Part shown: positions 29,205 to 39,771 of the stretch, in pieces
Numbering within the stretch: the stretch's first letter is position 1
Layout of the letters: each line of letters opens with the position of its first letter
Origin: an uncultured Chloroflexia bacterium
GTDB taxonomy: Bacteria > Chloroflexota > Chloroflexia > QHBQ01 > JADMIH01
Length of the DNA: 64,000 nt
Reading direction: 5' to 3'
Assembly: GCA_963797095.1 (NCBI GenBank)
Contig: CAWCNY010000006.1
Span: 160,001-224,000 of the forward strand
Notes under the pieces: model-generated
The model's database searches: none
Told to the model about the DNA's origin: nothing
Seen by the model: the letters and a program-made list of their open reading frames with translations, nothing else
Translations under genes and position numbers: made by a program

Positions 29205-29402
29205 CGAGGTGTCCTTTCGTGCCGTTTGTGCCGGCAATGTTGCAGCCTTTATGTGTAGAGCAGTGCCAGTATAGCCTGCGTGGATACCCTTGTCAAAAGG
29301 GTAGGAGCGGATTCGAGGGCGTGTAGGATGTAGACTTTCGGGTGTACAAGTGCGTATTTTTGTGGGATTTCGGGGTCTCCGGTTGTCAGGTGGTTGGACT
29401 TG

Positions 29403-29468
29403 CCCCCGTATACTATGAGGCATTGGTAGGGCAAAACTGGACAGGTTTTGGGGTGTACTTTGGTACAG
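29403..29468. repeat. Dispersed ~60-bp repeat, copy 2 (inverted relative to 7458-7525)
   Basis: Reverse complement matches the copy at 7458 with few mismatches. Confidence 0.85.
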
Positions 29469-29544
29469 TCTTTTTAGTGCGGAATGCGGAATGCAGAGTG
29501 CGGAGTGGTGGGGTTGGCGGTGGTATTGGGAAGGAGGGTGATTG

Positions 29545-30351
29545 ATGGTTGGTGTTGATTATTTGGAAGTTCATAGGCGCGAGCGGGTGGATTTGCTGGA
29601 GCGGGCGATTGGTTTGCTTGAGGGCGATGATAGGATCGATGCGGCCTGGCTGCATGGCTCTATGGGGAGGGGAACGGAGGACGATTGGAGCGATATTGAC
29701 CTGTGGATCGTGGTGGCAGATGAGGCATGGGATGCTGTGGCGGGGGAGCGGGGGGAGTTTGTGAAGCGGGTCGGGGAACTGCTGCTTGTTGTGGAAGCGC
29801 CGCAGAACGCGCCTCAGGGTGGGGCTTATTTGCTGGCGATGTATGCCGGTGTGCAGGGTCCGCATATCCTCGATTGTTCATGGCAGCCGCGGTCGCTGGC
29901 TAGGAGAGGGGCGGATACGCGGGTGTTGTTCGATAGGGTGGTGATCGTGGAGGCAGAGGGGAGGGCGGAACTCTCGGAGGAGGAGCGTTTGGAGGGGGCC
30001 AGGCACCAGGTGGGTTTCTTCTGGATGATGGTGGCGATTGTGGGGAAGTATATCGCGCGGCGGGAGGCGTGGGAGGTGCTGGGGCTGTTGCGGTTTGTTT
30101 GGTCGGTGGTCAGGGAGTTTGAGTGGCTGGTGGGTGAGAGAGAGGTGCGGCCAAGATTTCGAGATGCGCCATCGTTCGCGCCGCCTGTTGATGTTGATGG
30201 GCAACTGGCGGCTTTGCGGGAGTTGGTTGGTGAGGTGGAGGCGTTGGTTGGGCGAACTCCCGCTCTGCACGATGCGGTGACGGTACAAGCGGCTGCGCAG
30301 ATCTATACATATCTTGATATAGTGAAAGAGACTATCCGCACTTCAGCCTAG
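29545..30351 (+). CDS. Pol-beta-type nucleotidyltransferase domain protein (aminoglycoside/lincosamide nucleotidyltransferase-like)
   Basis: HGSMGRG.EDDWSDIDL motif; AAGGAGG RBS. Confidence 0.85.
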   Translation: MVGVDYLEVHRRERVDLLERAIGLLEGDDRIDAAWLHGSMGRGTEDDWSDIDLWIVVADEAWDAVAGERGEFVKRVGELLLVVEAPQNAPQGGAYLLAMYAGVQGPHILDCSWQPRSLARRGADTRVLFDRVVIVEAEGRAELSEEERLEGARHQVGFFWMMVAIVGKYIARREAWEVLGLLRFVWSVVREFEWLVGEREVRPRFRDAPSFAPPVDVDGQLAALRELVGEVEALVGRTPALHDAVTVQAAAQIYTYLDIVKETIRTSA

Positions 30352-30423
30352 ACAGGCTGTTTGAGCGCTGAAAAGGTTCTATCCTAAAGTCTTGGCATGA
30401 GCTTCCAGAGTCCGCTCTTCCAC

Positions 30424-30498
30424 TCTGGCATAGAGGCAATTGGTCTGTTCTGGCATAGAGGCAATTGGTCTGTTCTGGCATAGAGGCAATTGGTCTGT
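30424..30498. repeat. 25-bp tandem repeat x3 (TCTGGCATAGAGGCAATTGGTCTGT)
   Basis: Read directly; lies inside the 3' end of the PIN pseudogene. Confidence 0.92.
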
Positions 30499-30704
30499 GC
30501 CCATCCCACCATAAAGTCCTCATTAGCATCGATCCAGATAATTGTTCGTATCTCTTCTATTTCCTTCGATGCTTTTGCGAAAAGCGTCTGTGCCTCTCTG
30601 TCCAACGAGAAGAGTGTTTCATCTGCCAGGATTGCAGCTTTAATGAGATGCATGTCTTCCTGTGCTTCCTGAAGTTGCCGTGCCCCTAAATTGCAAGCTT
30701 CTAG

Positions 30705-32497
30705 TATTACAGTGACACTTAGGCAGCCATCATCTGCTTAGTTGAAGAGCTAAGAAGGGACACCACCTGAGGCCAAATGCCAGCCTTACGCCAGTCGTGA
30801 TAGCGAGAGTAGACCGTATGCCAGCCGCCAAAGTCAGCAGGTGTCTCTCGCCACGCCGCTCCCGTTGCCATCACCCACAAGATACCTGCCAGCAGTCGCC
30901 GTTCGGCGTCTACCTTGCGCCAGGGGCGTGGTTGGCGGGCTGGTAGCAAGGGTGCTATCTGCTCCCACAACTCATCTGTCAGTTCGCCGAGCCCCGGCAG
31001 CACGGGTGCCTGAAGGGTGCAAGACGCGTGTAAGGGCAGGGACAGGAGCAAGGTCAGGTATGTGTCCCTTGGCTCGACCACACCACACCATCTAGCTTGG
31101 CGGCGCTTGATATGGCACCGTTTGGCACTCGCCTGATGCTTGCGCCGCCAGTAAGACCAATGCTGCCTGTGCTCTCGTTCATATTCGGGTTCTGCAAGGG
31201 CATTGTGCAGGCGTCGTACTTCCGGTACGGTGAGGGGTAGTAGGTTGGCTGTATCCGCACTAGCCTCACTAAGAGTGCTAACAGCGGTACCTGAAGACGT
31301 ATTTGTCCGGATTACCATTAGATAGGCGTAGGCGAGCAAGGCCAGCGTCACGTGCCGGTACCACCCCGCCCATGTGCGCACTTGATAGTGGTCCAGCCCA
31401 ACCTCCCCTTTGGCCTGCTCAAAGCACGTTTCAATTACCCAGCGACGACCAGCTACTTGCACCAACTGCTCCAGGGTAGTCGTTGCGGGTGCATAAGCAT
31501 GGTAATATGCTCGTTCCGCAGGGCAGGTAAGGCTGCGACGAGCAACGAGCCAGTGCGCATGTCCCGGGCTGCTCTGGTATGGCAGTTGTAGCCACGTCCA
31601 CTCATACAAACGCTCACCCTGACTACCCTCCCCTGCCGACAGGGGCACCCAGGCGTCCTCGGCCACCTGTCCCACCAAGTCGGCCCTTCTACCGATTGCC
31701 CCTGTGTCCAGATAGGAGTGTTGGATAGTATAGCCAGCACATACCACAGCCCATGCGTCTCCAACCACAGGCGCAATTCGGTAGTGCTGTAAACCGTGTC
31801 GGCAGCAACCCAACGGGCTGGAATCTGCGCACCGAGAGCACGCCCCAGCATATGCTGAGCAAGGGAGGGCTTGGAGGCAAAGGCATGATCCTCGGGCACC
31901 TTCGCACGCCGGCATCTGGCCGGGTCTTGCGTCCATTCTTCGGGCAGGTACAGGGCACGATCAATCAGGGCTGCACCACGAGGCGAGGCATAGGCCAGAA
32001 AGACGCCAATCTGCTGGTTCTCAATACGACCGGCAGTTCCACTGTACTGGCGGGCTACGCCTGCAGAGTAACAACCCTTCTTCAGGAAGCCAGTTTCATC
32101 AAGGACCAATATCCCGTCAGGGTGCCCTAACTGCTCAATGACGTAGGTGCGCAACTCATCGCGAACTGCGTCCGCGTCCCAGTGGGCGCTGTTGAGGAGG
32201 CGTTGCATACCTTGTGGCCCGCTTTCGTGCATAATCTCAGCCAATTGCCAGCTATTCTTACGCTCGGCCCCGCTTAGCAGGCCGAGCAGGTAGCGTCGTA
32301 CTCGGCAGCGCGTTTCGGAACGTCTGAAATGGTCGAATAGGTGCTGGTGGAGGTAGTCCAAGGTCTTGTCCCATATCTTCCATATGTCGGAATTACTGCT
32401 TTCGGTCTGGTCAGTCGTGCCACTTGTGTTGCTCACGGAAGCCACTCCCTGTTTGAGAGTAGCCTACCAAATGCCTCCAATAAGTGTCACTGTAATA
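30705..32497 (-). mobile_element. IS701-family insertion sequence; transposase 30719-32445 with a frameshift near 31695
   Basis: 17-bp perfect TIRs TATTACAGTGACACTTA, CTAG duplication (30701-30704 and 32498-32501), DETGFLKKG..SAGVARQYSG and IETCFEQAKGEVGLD motifs. Confidence 0.93.
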
Positions 32498-32785
32498 CTA
32501 GACGGGCATCCATACGATCTAGCTCCGCCAGGTTCAGTGTCTCCACGCGCCTACGAGCTCTCATTTCAGTTAGCCAACGACGCGCAAAGGGCGACATTTC
32601 AGCAGCCCATTCAACGAGTAGTTCGTTGGAAAGGACGATGCGATAATGCTTTCGGCGGACGACTTCCAGAAATTGGTGGCAGTTGTGTGCTCGAACATCC
32701 AGCGCGCGGAGTGCTACCTGCGGAGTATGCAATTGAGGCGTCAATGACCAGACGCACAGCCCCAGCTCCTGCTCTTGGCATCTGC

Positions 32786-33410
32786 TTATTTAGTTGTGCT
32801 AAGTAGGGATGCATCCAGGAAATCCGATTGAGTTTGTAGTTCTGTTTCCCCGAAATCTTCCGGCCATTCACCGAATGTGCCTGCTTCGTCCAGTGTTGCA
32901 GTGGAGATTTTTGTGTCACCGATTTTGGGGTTGCGCGTGAACCAATACAGGATTACGTCATCGGGATTTAGCTCGCCTTTAGCTACGAGAGTTTGGATGC
33001 CGAGCAAGAGGATGGAGTTGTGGGTTTCGGCGACTACTTTCACGCCGCGACGTGCTGCTGCTGCCAGTATTTCGGCTATTTTCGATTGTGCGCGTGGGTG
33101 GAGGTGGACTTCTGGCTGTTCGATGCATACGGTTTGGCCCGGTTCCGCGACGAGAAGCACGATCAGGACAGGCAGGATTTGCGAGACACTAAAGCCTACA
33201 TCTATGACATTGACAAGATCCGTTGATTTTCCGCTGTCAACTGGCAGTTTATTGATCAAGATCCTTACTTGAGCGGCTGTAACTCGTTCCGCAACAACTC
33301 CTGAATTGAGGCCTAATGCTGATAGATTGGAATTAAGCTCATCGATTCTATCTTGTCTCCCAAGCGCTTGCCATTGAAGCAGAATACTCCCTGTGTAATC
33401 GTTGGAAAAA
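32786..33410 (-). pseudogene. C-terminal half of an ABC/AAA ATPase (AAA_21 / DUF3696-like)
   Basis: DVGFSVSQILP signature, IEQPEVHLHP Walker B, VAETH and G...WPEDF motifs; frame open up to the ISL3 remnant. Confidence 0.85.
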
Positions 33411-33977
33411 GCGGTGGCAGGCGGGCGGTTCAGGAGCCTGTCGGACCAGGCGTAGGATGGTGGTCTGGCTGGTGAGCAGCCCCAGTTTGCGGCTGAGTTC
33501 GAGCTCCAGCTTCGCCGCCGAGGGCCAAGCCTAATTGCTGGCAGATGCTGTGTAAGCGTTGTGTCTTGCGAGCACGGGGAGCAGCCAGATCAGGCAAGCG
33601 CTCGGCGAAAACCCGGCGTGGGCAGGCGGAGTTGGGACAGAAGAGGCGTCGTGTGTGCAGTTGCAGGCGAACGGTGAGGTTGGCTAGAGGTAGGTCGGCA
33701 AGGGTGCGCTGGTAGTGGCTATGGCGGCGATTGGTGAATTGTTGGCAAAGTGGGCAAGGCACCTGAGCAGGGTTGTAGCGACGACCAGAGTGATGCCGCT
33801 GGGAGCAGTGCGAACCTCGTGCAGACACAGCTGAGTGGCAGCAGGGAATACAGCAGGGAACAACGAGTCGGAAAGCATGATGAGTTTTCTAGGAGCAGGG
33901 GTTGGACAAAAGGTGCTCACTACATTCTACGACACCCCGGTACCACCATCCACTTTCACCAGAAACGGCGGAGAACC
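33411..33977 (-). mobile_element. Truncated, frameshifted ISL3-family element (left end plus zinc-finger region)
   Basis: GGTTCT terminus at 33977; CPLC..HSHYQRTLADLP and FCPNSACPRRVFAERL motifs. Confidence 0.85.
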
Positions 33978-34093
33978 AATCCCGTCCTGCAATTCACAGG
34001 GTAGCACAGCGATGTTAAGACGCTCAAAGCGTGACGATGGAGATTTCGCGCTCTCAGTTCTGACGCTTCCCGAGTGACACACTCACTTACAGG

Positions 34094-34282
34094 GTGCCGG
34101 CTGCCCCCACTGCGCATCTGCTGACAAACCTTGCGCCAAAGGCCGACTACTCGGTGAGTGCGGCTGTGAGCGACGGGAACCTGATGGTGACTATAATGCC
34201 CGGCAGCGGCTTCACAACTGACGCGGCAGGTGTGCTTTACCTGTCCACAGACGCCCAGGGAAAGGTGACATCAGGGCCTTAG
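34094..34282 (+). pseudogene. Probable C-terminal remnant of a secreted protein
   Basis: Beta-rich protein-like sequence with no convincing start, next to the ISL3 end. Confidence 0.35.
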
Positions 34283-34545
34283 ACGCGCTGTCGGCCCGGT
34301 TCCGTGAAGCACGTACGGACGTGGCAGGTCCGACGAGGTCGGGAAGGCGTCGCCCTGCGACCACGAGAGATAACCCGGTCAAAAGCCGGCACAAGGAGCA
34401 CCAGACTAAGATTTCGCCCTCTGGGAGCGATGAAGACTACTGGCACATGCGCGAGTTCCTGCGCGAAGTCTTTGTGCTCAACACCCTCTACCGGTGAGCA
34501 CGCATGGCGCGGTCCCTGCTCTTTCGACAAAGAGAAGCTGTGACC

Positions 34546-37455
34546 CTAGGCAATTTCCACAGCCCCTTCCATAGACATCGCTCTACCCTGCGCGAATGCC
34601 TCCCTGAATGCTTCTTCGGCTAACTGCTCGCGAGCAGCCTCCAAAGCCGCGAGATGTGCAATGTGGTCCTCGTGCGGCCACTCCATATGTAGCTCCTCCA
34701 TGAGTGCATCTGCCGCTCCAAGCAACTTTGCCCCGCGGAGTGTTTCGACCGTGTTTGCGCTCATTCGGGTTGCCATTCCGCCTATTCTGGCCAGGCTCAA
34801 GGCAACGCCGGCTTTATCGTCCACATCCACTTTGATCTGCAGGCCCCTCCGGTAGAGGGAGTGCGCTTCCTCGTACTCCCCCTCCCTGTATGCTGCGCTG
34901 CCGAGGATGATGAGGGTACTGCCGGCTCCTTTCATGTCACCAAGCTCCTGCTGAATGGCCAGACTCTCCTCAAGGACCCCACGCGCTGAGAGGTCACCCC
35001 GGTCTTGCAGCAGATCTCCCAGTTCGCGCAGTACCTCCCCAACGCTTCCTTTCTGGCCCAGTTCCCTGAATATCGCAACACTCTCCTCCAGCAACTTGCG
35101 TGCTCCCTCAGTGTCGCCCTCCTTGCGCGCAACCGACCCCAGGTAGCCGAGCGAATCGGCTACACCCGCCCTGTCACCGAGAGAGCGGTGTAGAGCGAGG
35201 CTTTCTTCAAACAATGCGCGCGCCTCTGCATAATTCCCTCCGTCCTGTGCGACGAGCCCCAGGAAATTCAGTGCGGAAGCCATGCCCGCCTGGTTGCCGA
35301 GCGAGCGGTGTAGCGCAATGGCTTCCTCGAACAGCGAGCGTGCCGCCAGGGAGTCTCCCTGGTCTCGAGTGACCAGACCCAGATTGTTGAGCACGATGGC
35401 TATGCCTGTGTTGTTGCCGAGCAGCCTCAGCAATGCAAGGCTCTCCTCGAACAGCGCCCGCGCTGCTGTTTGGTCCTCAAAAGAGCGCGCCAGGATGCCC
35501 AACACGTTGAGTGTGCTGGCGATGGCCGCGGTATCCCCCAGCTCCCGACCGAGTGCCAGGCTCTCTTCTAACACGGTGCGCGCGCCTGCATAATCTCCCA
35601 GAGCGCGCATTACCAGGCCCAAATAGGTGAGCGAGCGGGCAATAGCCCTTTTGTCTCCAAGTTGCCGGTTCAGAGCGAGGCTCTCTTCCAGCAGCGGGCG
35701 CGCCGCGATATGGTCCCCCTGCTGCCAGGCGAGGTTGCCGGACGCGTACAGAGCGCGCGCCCTCATAGTTGTGGGCGCGGAGTGGCCCTGGGCAAGAGCA
35801 CGTGCCAGCCATTCTCGCCCCTCGCCTGCATAACCGCGCACCCACCAGAAGCGCCATAGAGCAGCCCCCAAACGTAATGCGATCTCCACGTTCCCTCCCG
35901 GGCTGAGAGACCACGCGAGCGCCGCTCGAATATTCCCGTGTTCTCTCTCCAGCTTGCTGAGCCATTGAGACTGCTCCTCCCCTGACAGAAGAGGCTCCGC
36001 TTCCTCGGCTAATCGCACGAACAGGAGCGCATGCTTATGCTCAACGACCTGCGCCTGCGACCCTGTTTGCCCGAGTGGCCCATCTTCCTGCAGCTTCTCC
36101 CTGGCGTACTCATGTATGGCTTCCAGCATACCGAAGCGGCTCTCCATATCTTCCCCGCCGCTCTCTCGCCTCACCAGGTTCTTCTCTTCCAGCGACCTCA
36201 GAAGTTCCAGAGCGGACGCCGAGTTGTACTTGGAACCAGGATCGCGCTCGTCCCAAATCGCTTCCGCCGCATCGAGGGTAAACCCGCCTACGAACACGCC
36301 GAGGATGCGAAATAGCCTCTGCTCGTCGCTGTTCAGCAGGCCGTAACTCCATTCGATCGCGCTCCGCAGGGTGCGCTGCCGGTGAGGGAGGTCACGACTT
36401 CCACCCGCCAGCAACTTGAGCGGCTTTTCCAAAGCTGCCCGCATCTCCCGGAGCGAGAGGTACTTAGCATTACCGGCAGCCAGCTCAATCGCCAGCGGCA
36501 ACCCCTCTAGTCCCGCACAGATAGCCGCAATCTCTCCGGCGTTTTCCTCTGTAAGTGTAAAGTCGGGGTCAACTGCCTGGGCGCGCTCCACAAATAGCTC
36601 CACAGATGCGTAGCCCGCCAGTGCTTCGGGATCCGGTAGTTGCGCTTGCGCTTTGCCGGGCGTGCCGAGGGGAGGTACCACGTAGCGCCGCTCGCCTCTA
36701 ACATGGAGAGCCTCGCGGCTTGTGGTGAGCACCTTGAGCCACGGGCACGCCTCCAGCAGCCGCACCACCCGGGGCGCGGCGTCGAGCAGATGCTCGAAAT
36801 TGTCGAGTACCAGTAGCAGCCGGCGCTCGCTAAGGTGCTCGAAGAGCGCATCCTCAATCGATTGAGTAGACTCGGGACTCAGTTCGAGCGCGTGCGCTAT
36901 CGTGTCCCACAGCAGATCGGGGTCACTCACGGGGGCAAACTCTACCAGAAACACCCCATCATCAAAGTTGCCTACCAGATCGGATGCTACCTGCAACGCG
37001 AGCCTGGTCTTGCCGATGCCAGGAGCGCCCGTAAGGGTAAGCAAACGCACCTTGGTTTGCAGAATAAGGCTTCGGGCCCTGTGGGTGTCAGTTTCGCGCC
37101 CCACCAGCGAGGTTAGAGTGGTAGGGAGATTGGCAAGCCCGCTGTGGGCCGCGCGCCATGGGGCGTGAGCCGCAATCTCGCTCGCCCGCGTGGCAAGCGT
37201 CGGTGACCGGCGCGCAAAGGCTACAAAGGCTTCCATCTCGTCGGCGGGGGTATGCAGTTGCTCGGCTATCAGCGCAGCGATCTGGCGCGAGGGCCGGCGC
37301 TCACCTGCTTCGATCTTTAGCAAGGTGATCGTTGAGCAGCCGATAAGCTCTGCGAATTGCGTCGACCCGATTCCTCGCTGCTGGCGCGTCTGTTTCAGCC
37401 ATCTCCCGAAAGTGATGCCAATAGCGTTGCCGGCGTTCGCTTTGCCATCGCTCAT
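34546..37455 (-). CDS. XRE-HTH + STAND (NB-ARC-like) ATPase + TPR regulator
   Basis: FGRWLKQTR HTH, GAPGIGKT, LLVLDNFEH, GLPLAIELAA and about 9 TPR repeats. Confidence 0.94.
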   Translation of the reverse strand: MSDGKANAGNAIGITFGRWLKQTRQQRGIGSTQFAELIGCSTITLLKIEAGERRPSRQIAALIAEQLHTPADEMEAFVAFARRSPTLATRASEIAAHAPWRAAHSGLANLPTTLTSLVGRETDTHRARSLILQTKVRLLTLTGAPGIGKTRLALQVASDLVGNFDDGVFLVEFAPVSDPDLLWDTIAHALELSPESTQSIEDALFEHLSERRLLLVLDNFEHLLDAAPRVVRLLEACPWLKVLTTSREALHVRGERRYVVPPLGTPGKAQAQLPDPEALAGYASVELFVERAQAVDPDFTLTEENAGEIAAICAGLEGLPLAIELAAGNAKYLSLREMRAALEKPLKLLAGGSRDLPHRQRTLRSAIEWSYGLLNSDEQRLFRILGVFVGGFTLDAAEAIWDERDPGSKYNSASALELLRSLEEKNLVRRESGGEDMESRFGMLEAIHEYAREKLQEDGPLGQTGSQAQVVEHKHALLFVRLAEEAEPLLSGEEQSQWLSKLEREHGNIRAALAWSLSPGGNVEIALRLGAALWRFWWVRGYAGEGREWLARALAQGHSAPTTMRARALYASGNLAWQQGDHIAARPLLEESLALNRQLGDKRAIARSLTYLGLVMRALGDYAGARTVLEESLALGRELGDTAAIASTLNVLGILARSFEDQTAARALFEESLALLRLLGNNTGIAIVLNNLGLVTRDQGDSLAARSLFEEAIALHRSLGNQAGMASALNFLGLVAQDGGNYAEARALFEESLALHRSLGDRAGVADSLGYLGSVARKEGDTEGARKLLEESVAIFRELGQKGSVGEVLRELGDLLQDRGDLSARGVLEESLAIQQELGDMKGAGSTLIILGSAAYREGEYEEAHSLYRRGLQIKVDVDDKAGVALSLARIGGMATRMSANTVETLRGAKLLGAADALMEELHMEWPHEDHIAHLAALEAAREQLAEEAFREAFAQGRAMSMEGAVEIA

Positions 37456-37804
37456 GCTGAATCCTCATCTGTTGGTGCAGGCTGTAGCGCGTCGGGCTCA
37501 GACATTTCCTGTATAGCGCGGCCCATCTCAACCCTGCTTACAATAGTAGCAGCTATTAAGTCCGGGCGCAATAAGAGACCGACCGGCTTTTCAATAGCAC
37601 GCGAGAAATCGTGCGATGAGAATGGTTGCGGGCCAGGAGCCCGGTAGCAAAGCTTTTTTTGTATAGCTTTAGTATAGGGCATTCTGGGAGTAACGCCTCT
37701 ATCATTAGAGGAGATGTCCCTATGCTTCTCCCACGCAGTGGAGGCAGCCCATCTCATAAATCTACGCCACAAGCACACTTTAGGAGAGAGGAACGGCAAG
37801 AGCT

Positions 37805-38080
37805 ATGTCGCCAAAGCATCGCACCAACCGTAACGACCTCTTTCTTGTGCGCTTCTGGCTCGAAGATATGAGCAGCGAGTCTGAGGGGCAGAGCGGGTGG
37901 GGAGGCAGGATCCAACGGGCGGTGAGCGGCGAGAGCCATGAGTTCAACGATTGGGATGCGCTGGTAAAGGTGCTGCAGGCGATGCTCGCAGCGACCTCGC
38001 CTGACTTTCTAATAGGCGGACTGCAGGAAACGAGCGACAATCCTGCATCAGAATCAGACAAAAGAGGAGAACAGTCATGA
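37805..38080 (+). CDS. Small hypothetical protein (FLVRFW...WxGxI...SGE...F motif)
   Basis: Divergent from the STAND regulator; ATGA overlap with the next gene. Confidence 0.75.
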   Translation: MSPKHRTNRNDLFLVRFWLEDMSSESEGQSGWGGRIQRAVSGESHEFNDWDALVKVLQAMLAATSPDFLIGGLQETSDNPASESDKRGEQS

Positions 38081-39702
38081 AAGCAACGATCGGCAAACGC
38101 GGTATTCTGCACCTGGCGGCGCTCGCTCTCCTGGTGTGCGCACTGGGAACGGGTCAAGGCAGCGTCCATGCGGCCTCTTCGCGCTACTTCCCGGAGACAG
38201 GCAAGACGGTGAATGACCCCTTCCTCTCTTACTGGACGGGGCACGGCGGGCTTGCCCAGCAGGGCTACCCTATCACCGATGCTTACAACGAAAAGAACGA
38301 CGCCGACGGCAAGACCTACTTGACGCAGTACTTCGAGCGTGCGCGCTTCGAGTACCACCCGGAGAACGCCGACCCTAAATTCCAGGTGCTGCTTGGCCTG
38401 CTCGGTAAAGAGGCGCTGGCGGCGAAGGATGCCGACCCGCCCGCCGCCTCCACGCGGACGGTGCCGGGCGAAGGCAGCAAAACCTTCCCGGAGACAGGCA
38501 AGACAGTTACCGGGCTCTTCCTCTCTTACTGGAACACGCACGGAGGGCTGGAGCAGCAAGGGTACCCGATCACCGATGCTTATGAAGAGGTGAACGACGC
38601 CGACGGGCAGACTTACTTGACACAGTACTTCGAGCGTGCGCGCTTCGAGTACCACCCGGAGAACGCCGACCCTAAATTCCAGGTGCTGCTTGGCCTGGTG
38701 GGGCGGGAGATATATGGCCTCAAGCAAGCCACGGGTGGCACGGGTGGCACGGGTGGCACGGGAGGCACAGGTGGTACGGGTGGTGGCGGAACTACCAATC
38801 CCGAGCCAACAGTTCCCCCTGTGCCGGCAGTTCCCCCCGAGCCGACAACTCCCCAGAATTCCCTGAGCGTCCCCGGGTGGACCCACATCGCAGTGGCCAC
38901 CAACAACGTCGTCTTCTTCTACAACTCGATCAACGGGCATGGGGCCGCCGCGCGGCTGAACCCCGACGGCTCGCTGACTGTATTGCAGAGATTCCCCGAC
39001 CAGGCCACCGGCAACGGCGCTTTCGACCCCGGTTGGGACATTATCACCCCTGGGCCTTACAATTACTTATTCTTCTACCGGCGTGACAGCGGTGCTGCTA
39101 CTGATTGCCTCATGGGTGATAACGGTATCATCGTGCAGTGTGGGAATTTCGGCTTCGAGAAGTACTGGACGGACATCGCCATTGATAGGCAAACCGGCAT
39201 TATGCGGATTTACAGCAGTACGGACGGTGTCCTAAACACCGCCAAGTTAAACCCGAACGGCAGCATCACCAACCTCTCGTCAGGGACCAACTATATCAAG
39301 GCGTCGCGCCTGGTGGTTCCGATAGGCAATCGCATGTGGATCAGCTACGATACTAAGACCAAAGAAGGGGCGACGTTTACCATAGACGAGACCACCGGCT
39401 CGTCAAATCGCCTCCAGGGGGTCCCTGACTTAGGCGTGCCCTGGTCGATTATCGCTTCCAATCAGAGCACGATAGGCTTCTACAGCGCGAGTAGCCAGGT
39501 AACGCTCATAGGGTCTACGGCACTTGATGGCTCCATTATCAAGTTGAAAAGCTACGCCGCTCCGAGCACCCTTACCCAGATCGCGTCAGCGCTAAACGGG
39601 CCCTACATTAGCTATTCAAGTTCCACCGGCGATCTGGATATAGACAGGATAGCAGGGGATGGTACTGCGACAAAATTGCAGCAGTACAAATCTGAGAAAT
39701 AG
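38077..39702 (+). CDS. Secreted protein with two YFPETG/QYFERARFE repeats, a GGT linker and a beta-propeller-like C-terminus
   Basis: Signal peptide, near-identical repeats, repeated W..I....N..FFY units. Confidence 0.88.
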   Translation: MKATIGKRGILHLAALALLVCALGTGQGSVHAASSRYFPETGKTVNDPFLSYWTGHGGLAQQGYPITDAYNEKNDADGKTYLTQYFERARFEYHPENADPKFQVLLGLLGKEALAAKDADPPAASTRTVPGEGSKTFPETGKTVTGLFLSYWNTHGGLEQQGYPITDAYEEVNDADGQTYLTQYFERARFEYHPENADPKFQVLLGLVGREIYGLKQATGGTGGTGGTGGTGGTGGGGTTNPEPTVPPVPAVPPEPTTPQNSLSVPGWTHIAVATNNVVFFYNSINGHGAAARLNPDGSLTVLQRFPDQATGNGAFDPGWDIITPGPYNYLFFYRRDSGAATDCLMGDNGIIVQCGNFGFEKYWTDIAIDRQTGIMRIYSSTDGVLNTAKLNPNGSITNLSSGTNYIKASRLVVPIGNRMWISYDTKTKEGATFTIDETTGSSNRLQGVPDLGVPWSIIASNQSTIGFYSASSQVTLIGSTALDGSIIKLKSYAAPSTLTQIASALNGPYISYSSSTGDLDIDRIAGDGTATKLQQYKSEK

Positions 39703-39714
39703 TCAATAATCACA

Positions 39715-39760
39715 TTCGTTGCTGCGAGGCCGACTTACTCACGGCTTACGCAGCAACGAA
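39715..39760. terminator. Long hairpin after the secreted-protein gene
   Basis: TTCGTTGCTGCG.GGCCG...CGGCT.CGCAGCAACGAA. Confidence 0.55.
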
Positions 39761-39771
39761 GGACGTACGAT

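Larger units (their letters stand above)
30384..32781 (-). pseudogene. PIN-domain protein disrupted by IS701, a frameshift near 32710 and a 25-bp triplication
   Basis: Removing the IS joins ...MDARL|EACNLG...DMHLIKAAILADETLFSLD in frame; N-terminal LVIDAS motif. Confidence 0.75.

Noticed and set aside
7458-29468. Composite transposon or invertible segment bounded by the inverted repeats
   Set aside because: The enclosed DNA includes a tRNA and core-type genes, with no recombinase or target duplication
30424-30498. Possible CRISPR array (25-bp repeat x3)
   Set aside because: The repeats are contiguous with no spacers, lie inside a pseudogene, and no cas genes are present
37780-38940. 386-aa antisense ORF and similar long shadow ORFs
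   Set aside because: They are GC-rich antisense shadows of well-supported genes on the opposite strand
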